Shown: in pieces, positions 11,252 to 19,504 of the stretch
Layout of the letters: the number at the start of each line of letters is the position of its first letter
How positions within the stretch are numbered: position 1 is the stretch's first letter
From: an uncultured Acidobacteriota bacterium
GTDB lineage: Bacteria > Acidobacteriota > Terriglobia > UBA7540
DNA length: 64,000 nucleotides
Assembly (NCBI GenBank): GCA_963804995.1
Contig: CAWDSK010000005.1
Span: 288,001-352,000 of the forward strand
Direction: 5' to 3'
Notes under the pieces: model-generated
What the model was told of the DNA's origin: nothing
The model's database searches: none
The model's input: the letters and a program-made list of their open reading frames with translations, nothing else
Made by a program: the position numbers and the translations under genes

Positions 11252-12292
11252 ATGCAGGATACGAACCCGAAAGGGAACATCACAGTCGTAGGCGCGCAAC
11301 GAGTCAAAGTCGCAGTCGTGCAGGCGGCTCCGGTGATGTTCGATCGTGAACGGACGCTCGAAAAAGTTCACGCCCTCGCGAGGCAAGCGGCCGGCGCGGG
11401 TGCGCAGTTGGTGCTCTTCCCCGAGGCATTCGTTTCAGCTTATCCACGCGGTCTCGATTTCGGTGCGGTGGTCGGCTCGCGCACGGAGCAGGGTCGCGAC
11501 GATTTTCGCCGCTATTGGCAGAGCAGTGTGGATGTTCCCGGTCCCGCGGTGGAGGAACTTGGCCGGGCCGCATGCGACAACCGGATCTATCTCGTTATCG
11601 GAGTGATCGAACGGGACCGCGGCACTCTTTATTGTTCCATCTTGTTCTTTGCGCCCGATGGCAGCTTCATGGGGAAGCATCGAAAGATAATGCCCACGGG
11701 TTCCGAGCGCCTGGTTTGGGGCTTCGGCGATGGTTCGACGCTCCCGGTGTTCGATACTCCGCTGGGGAAGTTGGGCGCGGTCATCTGCTGGGAGAATTAC
11801 CTGCCTCTGATGCGGGCTGCAATGTATGCGAAGGGCATCCAGATTTATTGCGCTCCGACTGCCGACGCGCGTGACAATTGGATTGCTTCGATGCGCCACA
11901 TTGCAGTCGAGGGCCGCTGCTTTGTGCTTTCCGCGAACCAGTTCAGCCGCCGCACCGATTTTCCTTCCGACTACCACGCGTTTGTTGGCGAAACTCCGGA
12001 CACCATCGTCTGTAGAGGCGGAAGTTGTATCGTCGATCCTTTCGGCAATTTCCTGGCCGGACCGAACTACGACGGCGAAGTGATTCTCAGTGCCGAAATC
12101 GATCGCGCGCAAATCGTCCGGGGCAAGTTCGACCTCAACGTGGTGGGCCACTACGCGCGACCGGACATCTTCCAACTCCATGTGGACGAAACGCCGAAAC
12201 GGCCGGTAACTCTGCATGGCGTGGAAGCTGCGAATCCACCGGAACCTTCCCGCCACGACGATAATGAGGTGTCTGCTTGTGGCGACAAATGA
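11252..12292 (+). CDS. Nitrilase (carbon-nitrogen hydrolase)
   Basis: Catalytic E-K-C motifs: FPEAF, HRKIMPT, ICWENY. Confidence 0.92.
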   Translation: MQDTNPKGNITVVGAQRVKVAVVQAAPVMFDRERTLEKVHALARQAAGAGAQLVLFPEAFVSAYPRGLDFGAVVGSRTEQGRDDFRRYWQSSVDVPGPAVEELGRAACDNRIYLVIGVIERDRGTLYCSILFFAPDGSFMGKHRKIMPTGSERLVWGFGDGSTLPVFDTPLGKLGAVICWENYLPLMRAAMYAKGIQIYCAPTADARDNWIASMRHIAVEGRCFVLSANQFSRRTDFPSDYHAFVGETPDTIVCRGGSCIVDPFGNFLAGPNYDGEVILSAEIDRAQIVRGKFDLNVVGHYARPDIFQLHVDETPKRPVTLHGVEAANPPEPSRHDDNEVSACGDK

Positions 12293-12711
12293 GGGGGGTG
12301 TTTTAGCCGGGAGGTTGACGGATTAAGTGGGACCTCGCTCGCTATGCCCCGCGGAGACCAACATCTGGGACAGTTTCATAGCAGGATCACGCAACCCTTT
12401 TCCCCCCTATATCCATGACGAAAGATCATGATTGCCACGTCTTGAAGCGAAGGATGGGGCGCCGTCGCGAAGGTTGAATTTTCGACACATCAATGATTCC
12501 GCCTCCACTTCCGAGACGCCAGCCGAGGGCAAAAGTCATAAACCCGACTCCCCCAGCACTCATCCCTAGATAACCCGATCTGCCTCTCGTACCCTTCCGC
12601 GCACAATTGCGGGCTCCAAGCGCCGCTTCGCGTACGTATTTCAAACCCATCCCGCAAAACTTCAGCCTCGCCGTCAGGGTGTCCCAGGGCGCCACGGCGT
12701 GAGGTAAGTCA

Positions 12712-12832
12712 CTTTTGGGCTACCGGTAGCCCAAAAGCGACGTCGTCCCGCCAGATAATTCATTTTTGGGCTACCGGTAGCCCAAAAGTGACGTTACCCT
12801 ATTGACATCATCCAGTATAGGGATGCTAATCT
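12712..12832 (+). promoter_or_regulatory. Operator pair plus promoter-like site 1
   Basis: TTTTGGGCTACCGGTAGCCCAAAA perfect palindrome at 12713-12736 and 12764-12787; TTGACA at 12802; TGcTAATCT at 12824-12832. Confidence 0.6.
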
Positions 12833-13060
12833 GTAAACGTGATGAGTGGCGAACCGACAACCCGATGGAATGTGCCTCGCGGCGGCCTGTCGGGAACCCT
12901 TCCGAATCAAAATTGGGACCTTTTTGCCGCGTGGTCGCAGGGTAATGGCGGCAGCCGCACCTCAAAAGCCGCTGCGTGGAGCGTCCTGCGGCCCTGTCAC
13001 GCCGTGTCCCAGCGTCCCACCCAAAGATTTATCGGACAGTTTTGCGTTGCCCCCTTCAGA

Positions 13061-13158
13061 TTTGGGCTACCGGTAGCCCCGCCCTGCATTTTTGGGCTAC
13101 CGGTAGCACAACTGGTTAATTATTCTCTTGACAACACCCCATGCAGTAATGTTACCCT
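13061..13158 (+). promoter_or_regulatory. Operator pair plus promoter-like site 2
   Basis: TTTGGGCTACCGGTAGC at 13061 and 13091; TTGACA at 13128; TGtTACCCT at 13150-13158, just upstream of ATG 13168. Confidence 0.6.
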
Positions 13159-13167
13159 GTATATGTC

Positions 13168-13551
13168 ATGAGCGACGTGTCCACCACCGGAACCAAACGC
13201 GAACGCCGAGGGGCCCCACCTGAGCAAGGCTCAGATCCGAGGGCGCCACGCATCCGCATTGAAGTTCCGCTGGGTACACCGTTCCAGGAGATTCAAGAGT
13301 ACGTTTATCGCCAAGCCTGGCAACTGGCCGGAACGCAGCTCAAGGCCGCGGTTTCTCTGGGGATCACCCCCGAAACGATTTCGCGGTTTTTAAAACGTTG
13401 TGAACGAGACAGGCTTGACTACCCCGGCGCTCAGACGCGTTGGGGCAAAGGCTGCCCGAAGGGGGCGCCGCTCGAAGCGGCGCTTACCCCCGCCCCGGAG
13501 GGCAGCGAAGACTCGACCCTTGTTTCCCCTGGTAAGTGGGGAGGGGAATAA
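13168..13551 (+). CDS. Small Fis-type HTH protein
   Basis: YVYRQAWQLAGTQLKAAVSLGITPETISRFLK resembles a Fis/HTH_8 helix-turn-helix. Confidence 0.6.
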   Translation: MSDVSTTGTKRERRGAPPEQGSDPRAPRIRIEVPLGTPFQEIQEYVYRQAWQLAGTQLKAAVSLGITPETISRFLKRCERDRLDYPGAQTRWGKGCPKGAPLEAALTPAPEGSEDSTLVSPGKWGGE

Positions 13552-13633
13552 GAGTCAAGAAGCGGCGGCGATCAGCCGCCAGAATTTAACCTATTGCTCG
13601 TACGGGACGCTGTGCGAGTGAGGGCGGCGGTGG

Positions 13634-14374
13634 GTGCACACGCTGCCGCTGCCCAAAGTGACCAGGCAACAAATACAATTTCTTCTCCGGGTCGCACCCC
13701 CGGCCCTCCAAAGCGAGCGCGAGTACGAAATCCCGGCCTGCATCACCCTGGCGCAAGCGATTCTGGAAAGCGCCACACCCAGGTTCGGCTGGGGAAGTTC
13801 CCGCCTGTTCCGCCTGGCGAATAATCCGTTCGGGATCAAGTACAGCCACAGGCCGGGGGTCGAAAGTCAAAAGTTGAAAGTTGAAAGTGCGCTTGAAAGT
13901 TCGAATTTGAAAGTTCAAAGCCAGGGCGCGGTTGTCAGCGCGGTTTCAACTTTAAACTCTCAACCTTTAACCTCTTCCCTCAACTCTCAACTTTCAACTT
14001 CCGCCCCCGAAGACTACGGCCACTTCGATGTGGCGACCTGGGAATTCATCAACGGGCAAAAGAAAGAAGTTTTTGCACAGTTTCAGCGCTTCCCCGACCT
14101 GACCGAGGCCTTCAAGGCGCACGCGCGGTTGCTTCTTTCGCCGCACTACCGGCCGGCGTACGAGGTGCGTCACGACTGGAAACAGTTTGCGGAGCGGCTG
14201 GGTCCTAAAAAGTCGCAGCAGGACACCGACCATTGTGGGTATTCCACAAACCCCAGCTACTCCGCCTTGCTTATTAATTTGGTTAATACCTATCGTCTGG
14301 ACGACCCCCGCGCACAAGAGTGGCTGTCAACCGGAAAGGATCCCGGTCCGGTGCTGGAGCAACTGTTGGCGTGA
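13634..14374 (+). CDS. Endolysin, glucosaminidase (GH73/FlgJ-like)
   Basis: ITLAQAILES..GWG.S.L...ANNPFGIK, T.E, F..F and GYSTNPSY motifs; contains an in-frame hairpin insert. Confidence 0.85.
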   Translation: MHTLPLPKVTRQQIQFLLRVAPPALQSEREYEIPACITLAQAILESATPRFGWGSSRLFRLANNPFGIKYSHRPGVESQKLKVESALESSNLKVQSQGAVVSAVSTLNSQPLTSSLNSQLSTSAPEDYGHFDVATWEFINGQKKEVFAQFQRFPDLTEAFKAHARLLLSPHYRPAYEVRHDWKQFAERLGPKKSQQDTDHCGYSTNPSYSALLINLVNTYRLDDPRAQEWLSTGKDPGPVLEQLLA

Positions 14375-14537
14375 TTAGACATAGCTATCAGCTATCAGCT
14401 TTCAGCTCTCAGCTAGGGCGTTGGCCCGAAGGGTGAACCCTGATACCTGAAAGGCGAAGGTTGAACGTTGATAGGTGAAAGCTGATGACTGAAAGCTGAT
14501 AGCTGAAAGCTGACGACTGAAAGCTGATGGAGGTCTT

Positions 14538-15089
14538 ATGAAGTTTCGCAATCTTATTCTTGCAACGGTTTTAGGTATGGTCACTCTCAGCCTGGCCTGC
14601 ACGCCTCCTTCCTGGGCCGTGGAGGCGGAGAACATCGCCAAAGTGGCGCTCCCCATCGTCGAAGGCATTGCCACGATTGTGGGCGCGGGGCCGGCCGTTA
14701 CCCAGGTTGCAAATGACATCAATCTGCTTATCACCTTGTTTGATAGATACCAGTCCACACCAAGCGCCGGCGCGCTGCAGCAGATTCAGGCGGGCCTTGC
14801 CACCGCGAACGCGGATATCCAGCAGATTCTAGCCGCGACGCACATCCAGAATACGGCTACGCAGAACAAAGTGACCGCGATTCTCCAGCTTGTCTTGAGC
14901 GAGTTTTCGAGTATTGCAAGTCTGGTGCCAGAGGCAGTAGGCAGTGGGCAAAAGGCAGTAGGCAGCAAGCCGGCCCCGGAACTTCCGTTCACCGCCTCGC
15001 AGTTCAAGGCCCAGTACAACCGCATCGTGAAGGCGAAGACCGGCGATGCGGAATGCGACAGAGTGTTTGCAGGCAAGGAACTGAAGTAA
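14538..15089 (+). CDS. Lipoprotein in the lysis module
   Basis: GGAGG RBS; signal peptide with lipobox SLAC. Confidence 0.65.
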   Translation: MKFRNLILATVLGMVTLSLACTPPSWAVEAENIAKVALPIVEGIATIVGAGPAVTQVANDINLLITLFDRYQSTPSAGALQQIQAGLATANADIQQILAATHIQNTATQNKVTAILQLVLSEFSSIASLVPEAVGSGQKAVGSKPAPELPFTASQFKAQYNRIVKAKTGDAECDRVFAGKELK

Positions 15090-15194
15090 TCGGCTCATCT
15101 TTTCATCGGCTCATCGGGCCATCTAAGAACAAAGCCCGTGAGCGGCCGATGAACCGATGAACCGATGGGTCGATGAACCGATAAGAGACTAACT

Positions 15195-16379
15195 ATGGCA
15201 GCCAACCACTCCACAATGCGACTCGGCAAGCGTCCCCGGCGCGACGACCCGCGCACGCTGAAACTGGCAAGGTATCTCCTGCCGGGCGCCTGGGCGGCGG
15301 CGATCGCTCCTCCCTCGAGCTGTGATTACACCCGCGGCATCAAGGGTTGGGGAATGATGCTCAACGACAAGCTCGGCTGCTGCACGATTGCCGCCGTCGG
15401 CCATGCCGTACAGATTTGGACCGCCAATGCCAGCAAGGAAATTACCGTTCCGGACTCTACCATCCTTAGTTATTACGAACGATGGGATGGCTACAATCCC
15501 CAGGATGCATCGACCGACCGGGGTGGCGTTGAGCTCGACGTGCTGAACGATTGGCGGCAGCAGGGATTTAGTGGGCATTCTCTTGATGCCTATGTTTCTG
15601 TCGGGTTAGGGAACAGGGAACAGGGAACAGGAAACAAAGGCCAGGGAACAGGGAATAGGGAACAGGGAACAGGAAACAAAGGCCAGGGAATAGGGAATAG
15701 GGAACAGGGAACAGGAAACAAAGGCCAGGGAACAGGGAATAGGGAACAGGGAACAGGAAACAAAGGCCAGGGAATAGGGAATAGGGAACAGGGAACAGGA
15801 AACAAAGGCCAGGGAACAGGGAATAGGGAACAGGGAACAGGAAACAAAGGCCAGGGAATAGGGAACAAAGGCCAGGGAATAGGGAACAGGGAACAGGGAA
15901 TAGAGGCGGAAGTACAGAACCCAACCCCCAGCACCCAGGGCCCCGTCCCTAGCCCCCAGCCCCCAACCGCCAACTCCGATATTGCTTTGGCCATCTGGCT
16001 TTTTGGCGGGGCTTACATCGGCGTGCAATTGCCCATCACGGCCCAGAACCAGAATGTCTGGGACGTGCCGCAAAATCCCGGACCGAATGACGAGCCCGGC
16101 TCGTGGGGCGGGCACGCGATCTATCTGGTGGGGTATGACACACGGGATACGGGTAGTGTTTTTCCTAACCCCCAGTCCCCAGCCCCCAGCACCCAGTCCC
16201 CAACTTTCACTTGCATCACCTGGGGCAAATTGAAACGCCTGACCTGGGCCTGGCTGGAGAAGTATTGCGACGAAGCCTATGCACTGGTTTCGAAGGATTG
16301 GATCAAGGCGAACGGAATCGCGCCTTCGGGATTCGATTTCGCCACGCTGGAAGCGGACCTGAAGTTAGTCACTGCGTAG
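15195..16379 (+). CDS. Papain-like (C1-type) cysteine peptidase with repeat inserts
   Basis: NDKLGCCTIAA, GGHAIYLVGYD and ITWG motifs. Confidence 0.65.
   Translation: MAANHSTMRLGKRPRRDDPRTLKLARYLLPGAWAAAIAPPSSCDYTRGIKGWGMMLNDKLGCCTIAAVGHAVQIWTANASKEITVPDSTILSYYERWDGYNPQDASTDRGGVELDVLNDWRQQGFSGHSLDAYVSVGLGNREQGTGNKGQGTGNREQGTGNKGQGIGNREQGTGNKGQGTGNREQGTGNKGQGIGNREQGTGNKGQGTGNREQGTGNKGQGIGNKGQGIGNREQGIEAEVQNPTPSTQGPVPSPQPPTANSDIALAIWLFGGAYIGVQLPITAQNQNVWDVPQNPGPNDEPGSWGGHAIYLVGYDTRDTGSVFPNPQSPAPSTQSPTFTCITWGKLKRLTWAWLEKYCDEAYALVSKDWIKANGIAPSGFDFATLEADLKLVTA
15609..15902 (+). repeat. Coding tandem repeat, 42-bp unit built from GGGAA(C/T)A-type heptamers
   Basis: About 6-7 copies encoding GNREQGTGNKGQG(T/I). 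Confidence 0.95.
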
Positions 16380-16486
16380 GAGCTTCACCACCAAGGCACA
16401 AAGGCACCAAGAAATGCCTTGGGTTTCTAACTCATTCAGCTTGGTGTCTTGGTGCCTTGGTGGTTTGACTTTTTCTCGGAGAATTT

Positions 16487-16834
16487 ATGGACCCGCAATC
16501 ATTGCAAGTACAAGCCCTGATCACTTTTCTAACTCCGCTCTTGATTCAGCTCGCCAAGCGCAGCCGGTCACGGGCGCTGGCTTGGATCGATCAGAGCAAA
16601 CCGAATATTTGTATTTTGACCAGCGCTGTGACGGCCCTTTTGACCTGTACGGAGATTGAGGTCATTCACGCTCCTCACAGCCTGACGATTACCTGGCCGG
16701 ACGAGGCCACGCTGGTGCGGGGGATTCTGACTTTCCTGGTGGCGGCGGCAGTGCAATTTGGCGGCCAGCATGTCTTTTACGATTCCTTCTGGCGGCATGT
16801 GGTGCCGACGGAGAAGTTAGAAGCGAGGAGCTAG
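16487..16834 (+). CDS. Holin-like small membrane protein
   Basis: 115 aa with about 3 hydrophobic segments, located in the lysis block. Confidence 0.5.
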   Translation: MDPQSLQVQALITFLTPLLIQLAKRSRSRALAWIDQSKPNICILTSAVTALLTCTEIEVIHAPHSLTITWPDEATLVRGILTFLVAAAVQFGGQHVFYDSFWRHVVPTEKLEARS

Positions 16835-17056
16835 GAGTTAGAAACGAGAAGTGAGAAGTCAGGAGTGTGTAGTGAGGAGTTAGAAGTTAGAAGTGAGGAG
16901 TTAGGAGTGAGGAGTCAGGAGTGAGTAGTTTTGAGCGAGGAGTGAGGAGTGAGAAGTAAGGAGTAAGCAGTGAGAAGCGAGAGGCGAGAATGAAAGTGTC
17001 TTCTAACTCCTAGCTCCTAACTTCTAACTCCTAGCTTCTCGCTCCTAACTCCTAGC
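16813..17056. repeat. Heptamer-repeat hairpin (GGAGTGA/GAAGTTA versus CTCCTAG/CTTCTAA)
   Basis: Long degenerate 7-mer array followed by a reverse-complement array. Confidence 0.9.
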
Positions 17057-17070
17057 CTTTGGAAACTTCC

Positions 17071-17424
17071 ATGATTTCTGCAGCGGAAATTCAAGCGATG
17101 TTGATCGGCGCCGGGGGGTTTGTGGGCACCAGCGTGGCGGGAATAGGAGCCTTTCGATTTTTCTCCCGCGCCTCGCATGGGGTCCTCACGATTCCCTCCA
17201 GCCTGGAGAGGGGCGCCGAGGCGCTGGAGCGATCGGTAAAAGTCGCCGAGACGCACAACGCCCTCAGCACGACGGTCATGGAGCTGAAGGGCATGCTGAC
17301 CGCGACGCGCGAGGATATCCAGAAAGTGATGCTAGAACGCCAGGAGATCGGCCGTGAACTTCGAATCATGTCACGAAAGATTGAGGGTTTTTCCTGCTAT
17401 GCCGAAGACCAAGAGCAAAGTTGA
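17071..17424 (+). CDS. Membrane-anchored coiled-coil phage protein
   Basis: N-terminal TM segment plus coiled coil; position just before the Mu gp26/27/28-like genes. Confidence 0.55.
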   Translation: MISAAEIQAMLIGAGGFVGTSVAGIGAFRFFSRASHGVLTIPSSLERGAEALERSVKVAETHNALSTTVMELKGMLTATREDIQKVMLERQEIGRELRIMSRKIEGFSCYAEDQEQS

Positions 17425-17704
17425 ATTCGAACTCAACCGCACTGAGATTCTCCGCTACCTGAATGAATGCGGCTTTCAGCCCGTGACCCCGCGGAGCATC
17501 TTGATTTACTTGGACGATAGCCTCCGCCCCGTTTCCGACCAGGCCGTGGAGTTTCAATTGCGCTACATGCGCGATCGGAACTGGGTGGAGCTGGGCAGTG
17601 AGAAACGTATCGGCCGCCCGGAAGTCATCCGTTGGGCGCGCATCACCGCCGACGGCGTCGATGAATATGACCGGCGGGCCGCGGCGCTGGGAGAGGTCAG
17701 ATGA
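17399..17704 (+). CDS. Winged-helix protein, Mu gp26-like
   Basis: R.EILRYL...V..QLRYM....WVE...ARITADGVD pattern; synteny. Confidence 0.55.
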   Translation: MPKTKSKVEFELNRTEILRYLNECGFQPVTPRSILIYLDDSLRPVSDQAVEFQLRYMRDRNWVELGSEKRIGRPEVIRWARITADGVDEYDRRAAALGEVR

Positions 17705-17823
17705 TCGGCTCATCGGTTCATCTTTCCATCGGCTCATCGAATCATTAGCTCTTAGATGACCCGATGACCCGATGGCCCGATGACCCGATAGTCCGATGAC
17801 CCGATTCGGAAAGATTTCAAATT

Positions 17824-18108
17824 ATGACCAGACCGACCCATATCGAAGCACTTGACCGGCGCCTTCCGGGTCTTGCGGACGCGGTGAAAGCCTGGTTCAA
17901 CCAGGGTGTACCCGTGCGCCAGGTCGTGGAGCTGATCCGCCGGCAGTATCACATCGCGGTGCCTCGGTCGACGCTCGGCAACTTTCGGGCCCGGCGCTGG
18001 GCGCGCGATCGCGAGCTTAGGCTGGAGAAGGAACCCGAGGCCAGGGCCACTGCCGATGGGGCCGATGAGTCTATCCGGCAGGCCGCGGCGCCCGAAGCGA
18101 TTCGATGA
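17824..18108 (+). CDS. DUF3486 / Mu gp27 (small terminase)-like HTH, short paralog 1
   Basis: IEALDRRLPGL...VPRSTLGNFR...W. Confidence 0.55.
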   Translation: MTRPTHIEALDRRLPGLADAVKAWFNQGVPVRQVVELIRRQYHIAVPRSTLGNFRARRWARDRELRLEKEPEARATADGADESIRQAAAPEAIR

Positions 18109-18185
18109 GTAAGTGATTTAGCCATGGCGTGATGGAGCAATTGTAAAGCCCCAAATCACTCATTGCCAGGAACCGATTAAGGGAG

Positions 18186-18458
18186 TTGAAACTCGTGGGA
18201 CGAAAAGGGGTCACCAAGCTGCATTCGCTTGACGCTCGACACCCCGGGTTGTGCCAGAAGGTGGATGCGATGTTTGCGGCTTTCGCGAGCATCGATGCTG
18301 TCGCGGCAATGATCCGGGCCGAATTTGGCGAGCCCATCGGCCACGCCACCGTTTGGGAGTACAAGAGGCAAATCTGGAGCGTGCGGCGCAGGAGGGATCA
18401 GGCGGCCAGAGCGGCCCTGACCGCCTATGAGGAATTGGCAAGCGAGGGGAGAAACTAA
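18186..18458 (+). CDS. DUF3486-like HTH, short paralog 2
   Basis: KLHSLDARHPGL...IGHATVWEYK...W; GGGAG RBS. Confidence 0.55.
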   Translation: MKLVGRKGVTKLHSLDARHPGLCQKVDAMFAAFASIDAVAAMIRAEFGEPIGHATVWEYKRQIWSVRRRRDQAARAALTAYEELASEGRN

Positions 18459-19049
18459 GTGCCCAAAGATCAGGCATGCAAACTGCAAATCCTGAGCGTC
18501 AAACACCCGGGCCTCCTGCAGGTTGTGGACACGATGTTCGAGAAGTTTGCGACTGTCGCGCAAGTCCAGCGGATGATCGAGCAAAAGTATCACGAAGACG
18601 TCGGCACGACCGCCGTCAGGAGCTACAAGCAAAAACATTGGCAGGTTCACAAGGATCAGATCTGCGAGCTGAAAACGGCCATGAAAGCCGTCTCGGAGCT
18701 GGTCGGCGAAGACGGCCTAACTGCCGGTGTGAACGCCTTGCTCTGGGAAGGCCTGCAGGAGATGACGGTGCCGCAATTGATGGCCTTTAAGAAAGTCTTG
18801 AACGACGGCGAGAAGGTCAGGCTGATGAAAAAGCACTTCGCCCTCTACGCTCAGGAGCACCGCCAGAAGATGCGGGAACGCACCAGCATGCAAGCGGGCA
18901 AGGGGAACATCGAGGTCGTCGAGGATTTCGACGCGGCCCGGCGAATGGTGGAACAAGCAAAGGAAATTTTCGGGATCGGGACAACGGTCATCGTCCCGCC
19001 CGTGCCGAAGCTGGAGGCGGTCGCCGCCGCCGGCGACGTGAACGCGTAA
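18459..19049 (+). CDS. DUF3486 / Mu gp27-like small terminase, full length
   Basis: KLQILSVKHPGL...VGTTAVRSYK...W, then a coiled coil ending in KEIFGI; lies upstream of TerL. Confidence 0.6.
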   Translation: MPKDQACKLQILSVKHPGLLQVVDTMFEKFATVAQVQRMIEQKYHEDVGTTAVRSYKQKHWQVHKDQICELKTAMKAVSELVGEDGLTAGVNALLWEGLQEMTVPQLMAFKKVLNDGEKVRLMKKHFALYAQEHRQKMRERTSMQAGKGNIEVVEDFDAARRMVEQAKEIFGIGTTVIVPPVPKLEAVAAAGDVNA

Positions 19050-19127
19050 GAAATTCGGAATGATGAATACGAAATGATAAAGGCGAATCCTGAGAAATGC
19101 GCACTTCATCACGACCGTCAGGTCGGT

Positions 19128-19480
19128 TCCCCGCAGGGGATAAATTTAATAGCCGGGGGCAACGCCCCCGGTGGGCGGAAATCCTCATCTTTGCTGACCC
19201 TGAAGGGGTCACATTGGAATCGAGGGGCAGGGAACGAACTCGACACGGATTATCGACCCCTTCAGGGTCGGCTCGTGGCTCGTTGCGTTTCCGGGGGCGT
19301 TGCCCCCGGCTATTATCTTGCGCCCTTGCAGGGCTCAGGAACGAGCACGGACCTCTTTTCTAGGTCCGCGGCCCTTCGGCAGGGTCGATAAGAAAAGCCG
19401 CAGACCCTGAAAGACAAGCGCTACGCCGATGGAGCGTCCCGATTTATCGGGACGGCGGCGGTCGCAGACCGCCGCTACAG
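19128..19480. repeat. Stack of REP/MITE-like palindromic elements
   Basis: About 205-bp nested inverted repeat (taatagccgggggcaacgcccccgg...gaccctgaaggggtc / gaccccttcagggtc...ccgggggcgttgcccccggctatta), then cggacct..aggtccg (also at 5097) and gcggcggtcgcagaccgccgctac. Confidence 0.75.
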
Positions 19481-19504
19481 ACGAAAGAGCAAGGCAAAAG
19501 GTAA

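Noticed and set aside
12712..13110. Mini-CRISPR or Mu-end transposase sites
   Set aside because: Spacing is irregular (51, about 297, 30 bp), the units are perfect palindromes, no matching copies lie at the right end near 45120, and no transposase is present.
15609..15902. CRISPR-like array
   Set aside because: Contiguous 42-bp tandem units with no unique spacers, in frame within a CDS, and no cas genes nearby.
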